Shown one piece after another: positions 9,294 to 18,268 of a DNA stretch of 64,000 nucleotides; within the stretch, counting starts at the first letter, position 1; the number at the start of each line of letters is the position of its first letter. The stretch covers positions 3,808,001 through 3,872,000 of the forward strand of contig OZ242011.1 in NCBI GenBank assembly GCA_965204755.1. The letters are read 5' to 3'. The position numbers were made by a program, and so were the translations under genes. The DNA is from Candidatus Marinacidobacterium sp. (GTDB taxonomy: Bacteria > Acidobacteriota > Vicinamibacteria > Marinacidobacterales > Marinacidobacteraceae). A model generated the notes under the pieces. It did no database searches. It worked only from the letters and a program-made list of their open reading frames with translations, and was not told where the DNA came from.

Positions 9294-11369
9294 TCAGGCG
9301 CGGGCCAGGCGCGTTTCCGCCAGCAGGAGCAGGAGCAGCGCCGCGAGCAGGGGCCACCAGAAGGAAAACGCCGCCGGCGCGGCGAGGGTTTCCCGCGGCT
9401 CGCCGCCGCTCCGGGCGGGCGCGGCCGCCGCGATCTCCACCTCGGCCCCGTCCAGGGCTTCCAGGTCGGACTCGGCGAGCGGGGAATTCGCGGCCAGCAG
9501 CCGGAATTCGGTCTCGCCGGGACGGCGGGCCCGGTAGAAGCCGGCCTCGGCGAGGCGGAGCGCCGCCCGGCCGGCGAGCACCGTCCGCCCGCCGGAGGGC
9601 GTCTCGACCAAGATCTCCCCGTTCCCTCCTTCGACCTCCCCTTGCGGGAGGCGGAAGGCTTCCGCCGGGTCCACGGTCTCGCCGACCCGGTAGGCCGCCG
9701 GCGCCGCCCGGAAGTCGGCGGCGAACTCCACCAGGCGGTGCAGGAACGGCACGAACGCCGGCCGGCGCGGAAGGTCGCTCCAGACCGGATCGAAGGAGGA
9801 GGCGAACAGCGCGACCCGCCCCGAAGCGCCTGCTTCCTCGCCCGGCGCCGCCCGGGTGACGAGCGCCGGCCGGCCGTCCGCGAACCGGGCGGCCACTTCC
9901 GCCCCCGGCGCCGGGCCGTCCAGCCGGCGGTAGCGGAAGAACGAGGCGCGGCCGAGCGCCGAAGAGCCGGCCGCGAACGGCGAGAACACCGGATGCCCGG
10001 CGGCGAAGTCGGTCAGTCGGGTCGGAGGAAGCCGATCGGCCGTTTCTCCCGGGACGGCCGGCAGTGCTCCGGAGAGCGCCTCGACCACCCCGCCGGCCGG
10101 CCGGCGCGGCCCCATCGCCGCCACCAGCCCGCCCCCGCCCCGGACGAAGGCCGCGAGCGCCCGCGCGCCCCCGGCGTCGAGGCGTCCGAGGTCCCGGACC
10201 AGGGCGACCGTCTCGAGACCCTCGTCGTCCGAGGCGAGCGCGGCGCTCACCGCCGCCTCCCCCCGGGCCGGGGCGGCGTCGAGCCAGAACGCCGGGGAGA
10301 CGCCGACGGCGAGCGCTTCCCGGACATGGATCGGCGCCCCGGCTTCCTGGCCCCCGAGATCGGCCACGCGGAGCGCCGACTCCGGGTGGATCACGAAGCG
10401 GTAGCGGTCGTCGGCCGGGAGGGCGTCCGCCGGGCCGTCCCCGGCGCCTCCCAGCCGGACTTCGGCGCGGAGAGGCTCCGCCGGGCGCGAGAACGGCGGG
10501 GACTCGCTCCGCGCTCCTTCCGCCGCGGACCGGGCCGGGACTTCGCTCATCCCGCCGGCCACCCGGCCGCCGAGGACGAGTTCCGGTCTCCGCGGGCGCG
10601 CGTCCGGCGAGGCGTTCCCCGAAGAGCGCACTTCCGCGTTCGCCACCTGGCGGCCGCGTCCGGCGGGTCGGAGCGAAACGCCGGCCGCGTAGAAGTTCGG
10701 CGTCGGCGCGCCGACCGCCCGGACGCGGAGGCCGATGCCGGGTGGGAGCGCGGTCTCCGGGCGGCCGTCGGGGAAGCCGGATCTCTGGAGGTCGGAGACC
10801 AGGACCGCTTCGCGGCGCCGGCCGGGGGACTCCGGGAGGAGTCGGGCGGCGAGGCCGAGCGCCGCCGGGAAACGCGTCCCGCCGTCGCCGGGCGCCACCG
10901 AAGCGACGGCCGCCTCCAGGGCGCCCCGGTCGTCGGTGAGTTCGGTGAGCGCTTCGGCCCGGTCGTCGAAGGCGATCACCACCGCCCGGTCGCCGGGCGA
11001 GAGCGCGCCGATTTCCGCCGCCGCCGCCTCGGCGAGCGCGGCCATCCGTCCGGGAACGGACATGCTCAGCGAGCGGTCGAGGAGAAGCGCCGCATCGCGC
11101 CGGGCGCCCTCGCCGGCGGCGCCGGCTTCGCGGCGGAGGATGGGCTGGGCGAACGCCAGGGCGAGCAGCAGGAGCGCGGCGGCGCGGAGGAGGAGCAGCG
11201 GGAGGTCGCGGATCCGCCGCCGCTTCCTCCGCGCCGCCGCTCCGAGCGCCTTGAGGAAGAGGAAACTGGGGAACGGGAGCGGCGGCCGGCGCCGGCGGGT
11301 GAGGTGGAGGACGACAGGGACCGCCGCGAGAAGGCCGCCGAGCAGGAACAGCGGGGCGAGGAGGCCCAT
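9294..11369 (-). CDS. BatA N-terminal + vWA domain membrane protein
   Basis: BatA-type start (LAPLFLLGGLLAAVPVVLHL...FPSFLFL), MIDAS LLDRSLSM, VLVSDLQ, WSDLP and a C-terminal TM. Confidence 0.85.
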   Translation of the reverse strand: MGLLAPLFLLGGLLAAVPVVLHLTRRRRPPLPFPSFLFLKALGAAARRKRRRIRDLPLLLLRAAALLLLALAFAQPILRREAGAAGEGARRDAALLLDRSLSMSVPGRMAALAEAAAAEIGALSPGDRAVVIAFDDRAEALTELTDDRGALEAAVASVAPGDGGTRFPAALGLAARLLPESPGRRREAVLVSDLQRSGFPDGRPETALPPGIGLRVRAVGAPTPNFYAAGVSLRPAGRGRQVANAEVRSSGNASPDARPRRPELVLGGRVAGGMSEVPARSAAEGARSESPPFSRPAEPLRAEVRLGGAGDGPADALPADDRYRFVIHPESALRVADLGGQEAGAPIHVREALAVGVSPAFWLDAAPARGEAAVSAALASDDEGLETVALVRDLGRLDAGGARALAAFVRGGGGLVAAMGPRRPAGGVVEALSGALPAVPGETADRLPPTRLTDFAAGHPVFSPFAAGSSALGRASFFRYRRLDGPAPGAEVAARFADGRPALVTRAAPGEEAGASGRVALFASSFDPVWSDLPRRPAFVPFLHRLVEFAADFRAAPAAYRVGETVDPAEAFRLPQGEVEGGNGEILVETPSGGRTVLAGRAALRLAEAGFYRARRPGETEFRLLAANSPLAESDLEALDGAEVEIAAAAPARSGGEPRETLAAPAAFSFWWPLLAALLLLLLAETRLARA

Positions 11370-11407
11370 TTTGCGGAGTCGGGGGGCGGCCGGGGGCTCG
11401 GCGGCTA

Positions 11408-11503
11408 TATCGGCGGCTGGGGGGCCGGATCTATCGGCGGCTGCGCGGCCGGATCTATCGGCGGCTGCGCGGCCGGATCATCTATCGGCGGCTGCGCCGC
11501 CGG
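11408..11503. repeat. Tandem repeat, about 4 x 24 nt (TATCGGCGGCTGCGCGGCCGGATC), including the DUF58 stop codon
   Basis: Units start at 11408, 11432, 11456 and 11483. Confidence 0.85.
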
Positions 11504-12438
11504 CTCTCTCGCTCGGAGAGGTAGCGGAAGAGGGCGAAGTCGAGCGGGGTGGCGGTATCCGTCAGGAGGTGGTCCACCCCTCGCCGGCCGAGTTCCGAGC
11601 GGATCTCCGCCAGGTGGGTCCGCAGCGCGTCCCGGTAGGCGTCCCGGATGCGGCCCGGGGCGAAGTCGAGCACCGCGCCCGACTCCAGGTCGCGGAGGCG
11701 GGCGCCGGAGTCGTCGAACTCCGGATCCGGGCCGAGTTCGAGGTCGAGTTCCGAGGGGTCGAGCACCTGGAACGCGATGACTTCCTGTCCGGCGCCGAGC
11801 AGGCGGTCGAAGGCCCGGGCGACCGCCTCCGGCGGTTCGTAGAAGTCGGAGAGGACGGCCACCAACCCCCGCCGCCCGAGCGCGGCCCCGACTTCGGCGA
11901 GCGGGCGCTCCAGCCGGGATTCGCCGCGCGGGTCCGCGGGCCCCGGGCGGGAGGCGGCGAGCGTTTGGAGCACGGTTTCCAGGTTCTTCGCCGACGGGGG
12001 GACGAACGAGACCACCTCGCGGTCGAAGGTGGCGAGCCCGACCCGGTCGCGCTGGCGCCGGGAAAAGGCGGCCAGCACCGCGCCGAGGAGCCGCGCGTAG
12101 TCGAACTTGGAGGCGCCGCGGCGTCCGTAGTCCATCGAGGCCGAGATGTCGAGGAGGACCACGAAGTTGGCGTTCGTGTCCGCCTCGAACTCCTTGATGT
12201 GGAACCGGTCGGAGCGGGCGAAGAGCCGCCAGTCCAGCCGCCGGATGTCGTCTCCCGGCATGTACGGCCGGTGCTCGGCGAAATCTATGGATCGCCCGAG
12301 GAAGGTCGAGCGGTGGAGGCCGCTGATGAACCCCTGGACGACGGTCCGGGCGACCAGCGACAGGTTCGCGATCCGGGCGAGAGCCCGGGGGTCCACGAAC
12401 CGGGCGCCCGCGCCCGCTGCCCGGGTTTCGAGAGTCAC
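11482..12438 (-). CDS. DUF58 (vWA-like) protein, MoxR-associated
   Basis: GLHRS...GRSIDFAEHRPYMPGDDIRRLDWRLFARSD, LLDISASM and VLSDFY; GTG start at 12438 inferred. Confidence 0.9.
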   Translation of the reverse strand: MTLETRAAGAGARFVDPRALARIANLSLVARTVVQGFISGLHRSTFLGRSIDFAEHRPYMPGDDIRRLDWRLFARSDRFHIKEFEADTNANFVVLLDISASMDYGRRGASKFDYARLLGAVLAAFSRRQRDRVGLATFDREVVSFVPPSAKNLETVLQTLAASRPGPADPRGESRLERPLAEVGAALGRRGLVAVLSDFYEPPEAVARAFDRLLGAGQEVIAFQVLDPSELDLELGPDPEFDDSGARLRDLESGAVLDFAPGRIRDAYRDALRTHLAEIRSELGRRGVDHLLTDTATPLDFALFRYLSERESRRRSRR

Positions 12439-12469
12439 CGGGGGGAGCGTCCGGGCCGTGGACGGGCGG

Positions 12470-13582
12470 TCACATCCCCGAAACCGGGGTTGCGACTTCC
12501 TCGAGCAGCCGGGCGGTGATCGTTTCGGAGTCCACCTTCTCCGACTGGGCGTGGAAGTTGGGGAGGATCCGGTGCCGGAAAATCGGCGGCGCGACCGCCC
12601 GGACATCCTCGAAGGAGAGGTGGCGGCGGCCGCGCATCAGCGCCCGCGCCTTGCCGGCGAGGATCACGAACTGCGCGGCGCGGACGCTCGCGCCGTATTC
12701 CACCTGCTCCCGGATGAAGTCCGGGGCGCCCGCTGCGCCGGGGCGGCTGCGGCGGGCGATCTCCACGGCGTAGCCGAGCACCGCCTCGGACACCGGCACC
12801 CGGCGCACCAGCCGCTGGAAGCGGAGCAACTCCTCGCCGCTGACCACGCCGCGCGGCGCCGGTCGGTGGTCGGAAGTCGTCGCCCGGACCACTTCGCGCT
12901 CCTGGTCCTCCGGCAGGTAGCCGATCACGATGTTGAACAGGAAGCGGTCGAGTTGCGCTTCCGGCAGCGGATAGGTGCCTTCGAGTTCGATCGGGTTCTG
13001 GGTGGCGAACACGAAGTAGGGCTTCGGGAGCGGGTAGGTGCGGCCCTGCACCGTGACCTGGTGTTCCTGCATCGCTTCGAGCAGCGCGGACTGCGTCTTC
13101 GGCGGCGTCCGGTTGATCTCGTCGGCGAGGACGATGTTCGAGAACACCGGCCCGGGGACGAAGACCAGGTTGCGCTTCCCGGTCTCCGGGTTCTCCTGGA
13201 TGATGTCCGTGCCGGTGATGTCCGAAGGCATCAGGTCCGGCGTGAACTGGATGCGCCGGAAGTCCAGGTCGAGCACCTGCGAGAGGGTCTGGACGATCAG
13301 GGTCTTGGCGAGGCCGGGGACGCCGGTGATGATGCTGTTGCCGCCGACGAAGAGGTTGATGAGGACTTCCTCGACCGCCCGCTCCTGGCCGACGATGACC
13401 TTGCGGATCTCCGCGGTGAGGGCCTCGGCGGCTTCGGCGAGCCGGTCGGCGAGGACGGCGTCGGAGACTTCGCCCTCGGGAGCGGGCGCCACGGCGCCCG
13501 GAGGGGCTTCCGCGGCGGCCTCCGGCGCCGACGGCGAATCGGTGGGGGAATCGATGCGGGAATCGGTGGGTGGTTCGGTCAC
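12470..13582 (-). CDS. moxR: MoxR-family AAA+ ATPase
   Basis: GVPGLAKT, RIQFTPDLMPSDITG, LADEINRTPPKTQSALLEAMQE and ATQNPIELEGTYPLPEAQLDRF; GTG start at 13582 inferred. Confidence 0.93.
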   Translation of the reverse strand: MTEPPTDSRIDSPTDSPSAPEAAAEAPPGAVAPAPEGEVSDAVLADRLAEAAEALTAEIRKVIVGQERAVEEVLINLFVGGNSIITGVPGLAKTLIVQTLSQVLDLDFRRIQFTPDLMPSDITGTDIIQENPETGKRNLVFVPGPVFSNIVLADEINRTPPKTQSALLEAMQEHQVTVQGRTYPLPKPYFVFATQNPIELEGTYPLPEAQLDRFLFNIVIGYLPEDQEREVVRATTSDHRPAPRGVVSGEELLRFQRLVRRVPVSEAVLGYAVEIARRSRPGAAGAPDFIREQVEYGASVRAAQFVILAGKARALMRGRRHLSFEDVRAVAPPIFRHRILPNFHAQSEKVDSETITARLLEEVATPVSGM

Positions 13583-13629
13583 TTCGTCTCTCTCGGATTC
13601 TGCGGAGGGCCGCTCCGCGGGCGGGCGGG

Positions 13630-14511
13630 TCAATGGGTCATCCCGTAGACCACATAGTTGACGCCCAACTTGAACGCCTCGTTGGTCAGGGACACCGGCC
13701 AGTACCCCTCCCCCGAGTGCTCCCAGTAGTCGCCGATGTCGTGGTTGTAGTTCGCCACGATCATCAGCCGCGCGGCCGGGTCGTTGTCCTCGAACCAGCC
13801 GTAGTACACCGGGACCAGGTCGGGCCGGCCGATGTGCTCGAAGTCGAGGGTCTCGATGTGGAAGAAGGAGTCGAAGACGGGGTGGGTGACTTCGAGTTCC
13901 ACCGGATCGTAGCCGGGCAGCACCCGCTCCATCTGCCGCAGGAAGTTGGCGAGTTGCGGCGGCTGGACGAAGTCGTCCACCACCAGGAAGCCCCCCTTCA
14001 GCAGGAAGGCGCGCAGGTTCTCCGCCTCCTGGTCGCTCGGATGCCAGAAGCCGACTTCGCAGAGGTAGGCGAAGGGGTGGAGGAAGAGGTCCGGATCGTT
14101 CAGCGAGTGGATGTCGCTGCCGTCCAGGTTCGTCGAGATCGTGGTGTAGGCGTCCAGGATGCGCTTCAGGTTCTCCTCGCCCCAGGGGTAGTCGTGGTTC
14201 CACTTGAGGTCGAGGTTCCAGTAGAACGGCCCCCGGCCGTAGTACGGCGGCTCGAAGCGGATGCGGGCGAAGGAGAACCGGCCGTCGTGGGGTTGGTTCT
14301 CGTAGTCGAGCGGCAACTCGACGGCGTTCGGGTCGGGCCGGAAAGTGGCGGTCAGTTCGCTGTCCGGGGCGGCCGGGAGCAGGCCGCCGGCGAGGACGCC
14401 CCCACCGGCGAGGACGCCCCCGCCGGCGAGGAGGACCGCCGCCGGTCCGCCGAATGCCGCGGCCGGGCCGGCGATCGCGCGGCGGCCGGAGCGCCGTCGT
14501 TCGAGCCTCAT
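13630..14511 (-). CDS. DUF4159 domain protein (exported)
   Basis: WNHDYP, LRAFLLKGGFLVVDDF, HPVFDSFF, NHDIGDYWE and GVNYVVYGMTH; ATGA overlap with the upstream TPR gene. Confidence 0.85.
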   Translation of the reverse strand: MRLERRRSGRRAIAGPAAAFGGPAAVLLAGGGVLAGGGVLAGGLLPAAPDSELTATFRPDPNAVELPLDYENQPHDGRFSFARIRFEPPYYGRGPFYWNLDLKWNHDYPWGEENLKRILDAYTTISTNLDGSDIHSLNDPDLFLHPFAYLCEVGFWHPSDQEAENLRAFLLKGGFLVVDDFVQPPQLANFLRQMERVLPGYDPVELEVTHPVFDSFFHIETLDFEHIGRPDLVPVYYGWFEDNDPAARLMIVANYNHDIGDYWEHSGEGYWPVSLTNEAFKLGVNYVVYGMTH

Positions 14512-17207
14512 CCTTCGCGCCGGAGGTCGAGGAGCAGGCGGAGGGCCGGGTCGTAGGTCGGGGCGATCTCCAGCGCTTCGAGCACCCGCCGCCGGGCCCC
14601 CGGCCGGTCGCCGCTCCGCCGGAGGGCCGCCGCCAGGAGGAACAGCGCTTCGGCGCGGTCCGGCGGGTCGGCGGCGAGGGCGGCGCGCCGTTCGCGCACC
14701 TCGATCCGGTGGTCCGCCGCGGCCGCCGCCGCCTCGGCCAGCAGTTCGTGCGGCTCGGCGAACAGCGGATAGGCGAGGAGCGCCGACTCGAGCGCCTCGG
14801 CGGCGGCTTGGTGGTTCCCGGCCTCGCGCTCGATCTCCGCGAGGAGCAACCAGTCCTCGTACGCGGAGGGGACGCGGGCCAGGTGGCGGCGGAGGGCGCC
14901 GGCGGCCTCGGGCCCGCGTCCGGCGCGGCGGTGGATCCGGGCGAGGAGGCGGAAGGGGCCGTTCGGGCCGCCGTATTCGGGGATCAGTTCGGCCGCGCGA
15001 CGGAGGTGATCGGCGGCCTCCTCGTCGCGTTCCGCCTCGAACAGCGCCACCCCGGCCCGCAGTTGGGAGGGGAAGTCCTCCGGCGAGCGCTCGGCGGCCT
15101 CGACCGAGGCTTCCAACCCCGACGGGGCCCCTTCCTCGACCGGGCGGGCGCCGGGCGCCGGGCGCGTCGGCGCGCCCCCGCGAGCGGCGCCGAGGCTCGC
15201 GGCGGCTCGGCCGAACCGCTCCTCGATCCGGGCGCTCACCGCGGCGTCCAGGGCCTCGACCGGGGCGCCGAGGACCGTCTCGATCGCCTCCGCGCTCGAC
15301 GCGCCGCGCCGGAACGCCCGGAGCATGCCCAGGATCGCCGGGAACCCGTGGTCGGCTTCGATCTGTTCCACCACGAGCGAGGCATGGTAGTAGGAGACCC
15401 CCACCTGCCCCGGCCACTTCGGACGGACGAAACCCTCGTTCATCTCGCCCACCGGGAGCAGCCGGTCGTCCCGGAGCGCCGCCAGGAAGGGCGCCGGAAC
15501 GCCGTCGCCGAATCGGCGCCGTTCCTCGTACTGGCTGAGCCCCTCGGTGAACCATCGGGGGATCCGGTTGTCGGTCAGCCCCATCGTGATGGTGTGGCCG
15601 AGTTCGTGCCAGAGCGTCGAGGCCCAGTGGTACGCGCCGGGCGGCCGCGCCGACGGGGACTCCATCGCCAGCGTGTCGCCGAAGCAGACGCCGTGGGCGC
15701 CGATCCCGGCGAGGCCGACGGTGCGGACCGAGAAGTCGGCGGAGCGGTCGTAGAGTTCGATGCGGACCCCCGCTTCGGGGCGGAACCCGTAGCGGTCGGC
15801 GAACTCGGCCAAGGCTTCCCTCGCGACTTCCTCCACATACGGGGCGAGGAGGTCGGCCTCGGCTTCGGGCAGGACGAGGGTGAGCGGCGGGAGATCGAGG
15901 ACCCGGAACCCGTCCAACTCGTCCAGCAGGTCGAGCGTGTTCTTGACCAGGGCGTCGAACGGGTCGCGCCGGAAGGCGTCCCGCAGGACGGCGCGGCCCT
16001 CGTCCATCTCTCCCAGCCGGAGCAGGTTCTGGCCGAGCAGGCGCGCCGCCGCCGGGGAATCCGGACGGAGGGCCGCGGCCGCCCGGGCGCGCTCCGCGGC
16101 TTCCCGGTAGCGCCGTCCCCGCTCGGCCGCCTCCGCGAGCCCGAGGTCGAATCGCGGGTCACCGGGCCGCAGGGCGCGGAAGCGGCTCTCCGTTTCGGCC
16201 AGCCGCTCCCCGCGATCGGCGAGGAAGAAGGCGGCGCCGAGCGCGGCGAGGGGTTCGGGGGCCTCCGGCAGGAGAGACGACGCGGCTTCGGCGGCGGCGA
16301 TCGCTTCCTCGGTCCGCTCGGCCTCCAGCAGCCGCCGGACGCGGAACGCGGCGGCGTCCGGGTGGCCGGGGTTGACGGCCAGCGCGGCGGCGAGCGGGTC
16401 TTCGCCTTCGGGGTGGGCCTGCCCGCGCTGCCGGGCCACCCGGGCCAGTCCGAGCAGGGCGTCGGGGTGCCGGGGGTTCCGCTCCAGCACCGAAGTGAAC
16501 GAGTCGAGCGCGTCAGCGGTGTTGAACTTCTCGAGCAGCAGGTTCCCGGCGCGCAGGCGGGGCGCGGGGTCGGCGGGATCGAGGAGCGCCGCTTCGTCGA
16601 ACACGCGCAACGCGTCCCGGAAGAGACCGGTGCTCCGGAACCCGAGGCGCGCCGCTGCGGCGCCGGCGGCGGTCAACGCCGGCGCGCCGAGCGCGCCCGA
16701 CGGGGCGCGGTTGTACGCGGTGATCACCCGGTCGAGGCGGTCGAGAGCCGCCTCGCGCTCGCCGGCGGTCATCTCCAGTTCGGCGAGTTCCACTTGAGCG
16801 GGAAGGTCGAGGTCGGCCGGAAGACCGGGCTCGGCCAGGAGCGCCCCGAGCAGCCGGCGGGCCGGGGCGGTCTCGCCCGTTTCCCGGTGGAGGCGGGCGC
16901 GGGCGAGCCGGCGGGCGGGGCTCGCCTCCCCGGACTCCAGCGTCTCCAGCGCCTCGCGGTACCGCCCGGTGAGCCGAAGGGTCTCGACCAGCCCGAGCCG
17001 GGCGCCGGGGGACTCGATCTCCTCCCGGTAGGCCGACTCCGCCTCTTCGTAGGCCCCGCGCCGCAGCGCCTCGGCGGCCGCTTCCGGGCCCCCCGGCCAC
17101 GCGCCGGCGGGAACGGGCTCCTGCGCGGCGGCGGCGGGCGCGAAGCCGGCCGCCAGCAGGCCGAGAGCCGCCGCCCGCGCCGGGCCGAGCGGCAGCGGCG
17201 GTCTCAT
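14508..17207 (-). CDS. Exported TPR-repeat protein with a peptidase MA-like (HExxH) domain
   Basis: Signal peptide from ATG 17207, many TPR-like helices, and TLWHELGH...IPRWFTEGLSQYEE (gluzincin motif). Confidence 0.8.
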   Translation of the reverse strand: MRPPLPLGPARAAALGLLAAGFAPAAAAQEPVPAGAWPGGPEAAAEALRRGAYEEAESAYREEIESPGARLGLVETLRLTGRYREALETLESGEASPARRLARARLHRETGETAPARRLLGALLAEPGLPADLDLPAQVELAELEMTAGEREAALDRLDRVITAYNRAPSGALGAPALTAAGAAAARLGFRSTGLFRDALRVFDEAALLDPADPAPRLRAGNLLLEKFNTADALDSFTSVLERNPRHPDALLGLARVARQRGQAHPEGEDPLAAALAVNPGHPDAAAFRVRRLLEAERTEEAIAAAEAASSLLPEAPEPLAALGAAFFLADRGERLAETESRFRALRPGDPRFDLGLAEAAERGRRYREAAERARAAAALRPDSPAAARLLGQNLLRLGEMDEGRAVLRDAFRRDPFDALVKNTLDLLDELDGFRVLDLPPLTLVLPEAEADLLAPYVEEVAREALAEFADRYGFRPEAGVRIELYDRSADFSVRTVGLAGIGAHGVCFGDTLAMESPSARPPGAYHWASTLWHELGHTITMGLTDNRIPRWFTEGLSQYEERRRFGDGVPAPFLAALRDDRLLPVGEMNEGFVRPKWPGQVGVSYYHASLVVEQIEADHGFPAILGMLRAFRRGASSAEAIETVLGAPVEALDAAVSARIEERFGRAAASLGAARGGAPTRPAPGARPVEEGAPSGLEASVEAAERSPEDFPSQLRAGVALFEAERDEEAADHLRRAAELIPEYGGPNGPFRLLARIHRRAGRGPEAAGALRRHLARVPSAYEDWLLLAEIEREAGNHQAAAEALESALLAYPLFAEPHELLAEAAAAAADHRIEVRERRAALAADPPDRAEALFLLAAALRRSGDRPGARRRVLEALEIAPTYDPALRLLLDLRREG

Positions 17208-18268
17208 CGGGCGCCCGGCTCCCGACTCCCGGTCCGCTCCCGGATCTCCTCCTGGATTCGGGCGAGATCCAGCAGCAGCCGTTCCAGTTCGGCGAAGTAC
17301 TCCTCCTCCGGCATCCCCTCCCGGGTCTCCCGGAGGGCGTCCACCCGCGCCGCCAGTTCGTCGCGTTCGGCGGCGAGGGCCCGCACCTCGTCGCTGTCCG
17401 CGGACCCGGCCGGGGCGCCGGAGGCCGGGGAGAGCGGGTAGGTGCGGGCGGCGAGCACGCCGTCCGAGCCGGGGGCGGCCCGGGGCGCCCCGCTTCCCTC
17501 CCCGTCCCCGTTGTCGTCGAGAAGCGGGTGCTCCGTGCGCAGCAACCCCTCCCGTTCGTACTCCCGCTCCACCTCGGAACGGGCGAACTCGAAGACCTCG
17601 AGGGCGGAGAGCCGGTCGTCCCGGTTGCGGTCGGCCCCGCCCCCGGCGAAGGCGGCCACGAAGTGGCGGGGGAACCGGGTTTCGTTCGTCTCGTGGGCGC
17701 GGGAGGCGGCGAGCACGATCCGGCCGGGCGCGGAGAGCGCGGGGACGAAGCCGCCGGCGGCGCTGCCCAGGTGGGCGACGGTCACCGGGGATCCATCGAA
17801 GGCGTCCAGCATCGGCGCGAGGTCCTCCGGGGCGAGGTCCGGCCCCGGCAGGTTGAACCGCGCGCCCTGCCCTCCCCCGGCGCTCCCGTGCCCGATGAGC
17901 ACCACCGTGAGCGGGTCTCCCCGGGAGTGGGCGGCGGCGAGTTCGGCCAGTTGGCGGCCGATCTCGTCGCGGGCGCTCCGGCCCGCCGGGGCGCACCCTT
18001 CGGAGGCGTCCGCCGCCTCCGCGGGGCGCTCGACCAGAACGCGGACTTCCACCGGCCACGGCAGCGACCGGGCGGCGGCGCAGAGTTCCCCGGCCCACCT
18101 CGTGAACCGCGCGCGGCGTTCCGCGCCCCCGGCGACTCCGGCGACGACCAGGAGGGCCGGCCCGGCCGGCGGCCCCTCCACGCGGGCGCCGGTTCCTCCG
18201 GGCCGCCCTTCGGCGCCGAGCGCCCCCCCGGCGAGCAACGCCGCCGCCAGCGCGGCCGGGCCGATCAC
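17204..18268 (-). CDS. Exported hypothetical protein, possible caspase/C13-like fold
   Basis: GTGA and ATGA coupling on both sides; VLIGHGS, FNLPGPDL, ADRNRDDRLSALEVF and EHPLLDDNGDG. Confidence 0.7.
   Translation of the reverse strand: MIGPAALAAALLAGGALGAEGRPGGTGARVEGPPAGPALLVVAGVAGGAERRARFTRWAGELCAAARSLPWPVEVRVLVERPAEAADASEGCAPAGRSARDEIGRQLAELAAAHSRGDPLTVVLIGHGSAGGGQGARFNLPGPDLAPEDLAPMLDAFDGSPVTVAHLGSAAGGFVPALSAPGRIVLAASRAHETNETRFPRHFVAAFAGGGADRNRDDRLSALEVFEFARSEVEREYEREGLLRTEHPLLDDNGDGEGSGAPRAAPGSDGVLAARTYPLSPASGAPAGSADSDEVRALAAERDELAARVDALRETREGMPEEEYFAELERLLLDLARIQEEIRERTGSREPGAR

Noticed and set aside
11408-11503. 24-nt repeats as a CRISPR array
   Set aside because: The units are contiguous with no spacers, so this is a VNTR.
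14387-14432. 18-nt tandem repeat (LAGGGV x2.5) in the DUF4159 signal region
   Set aside because: It is real but looks like ordinary in-frame slippage in a low-complexity signal peptide.
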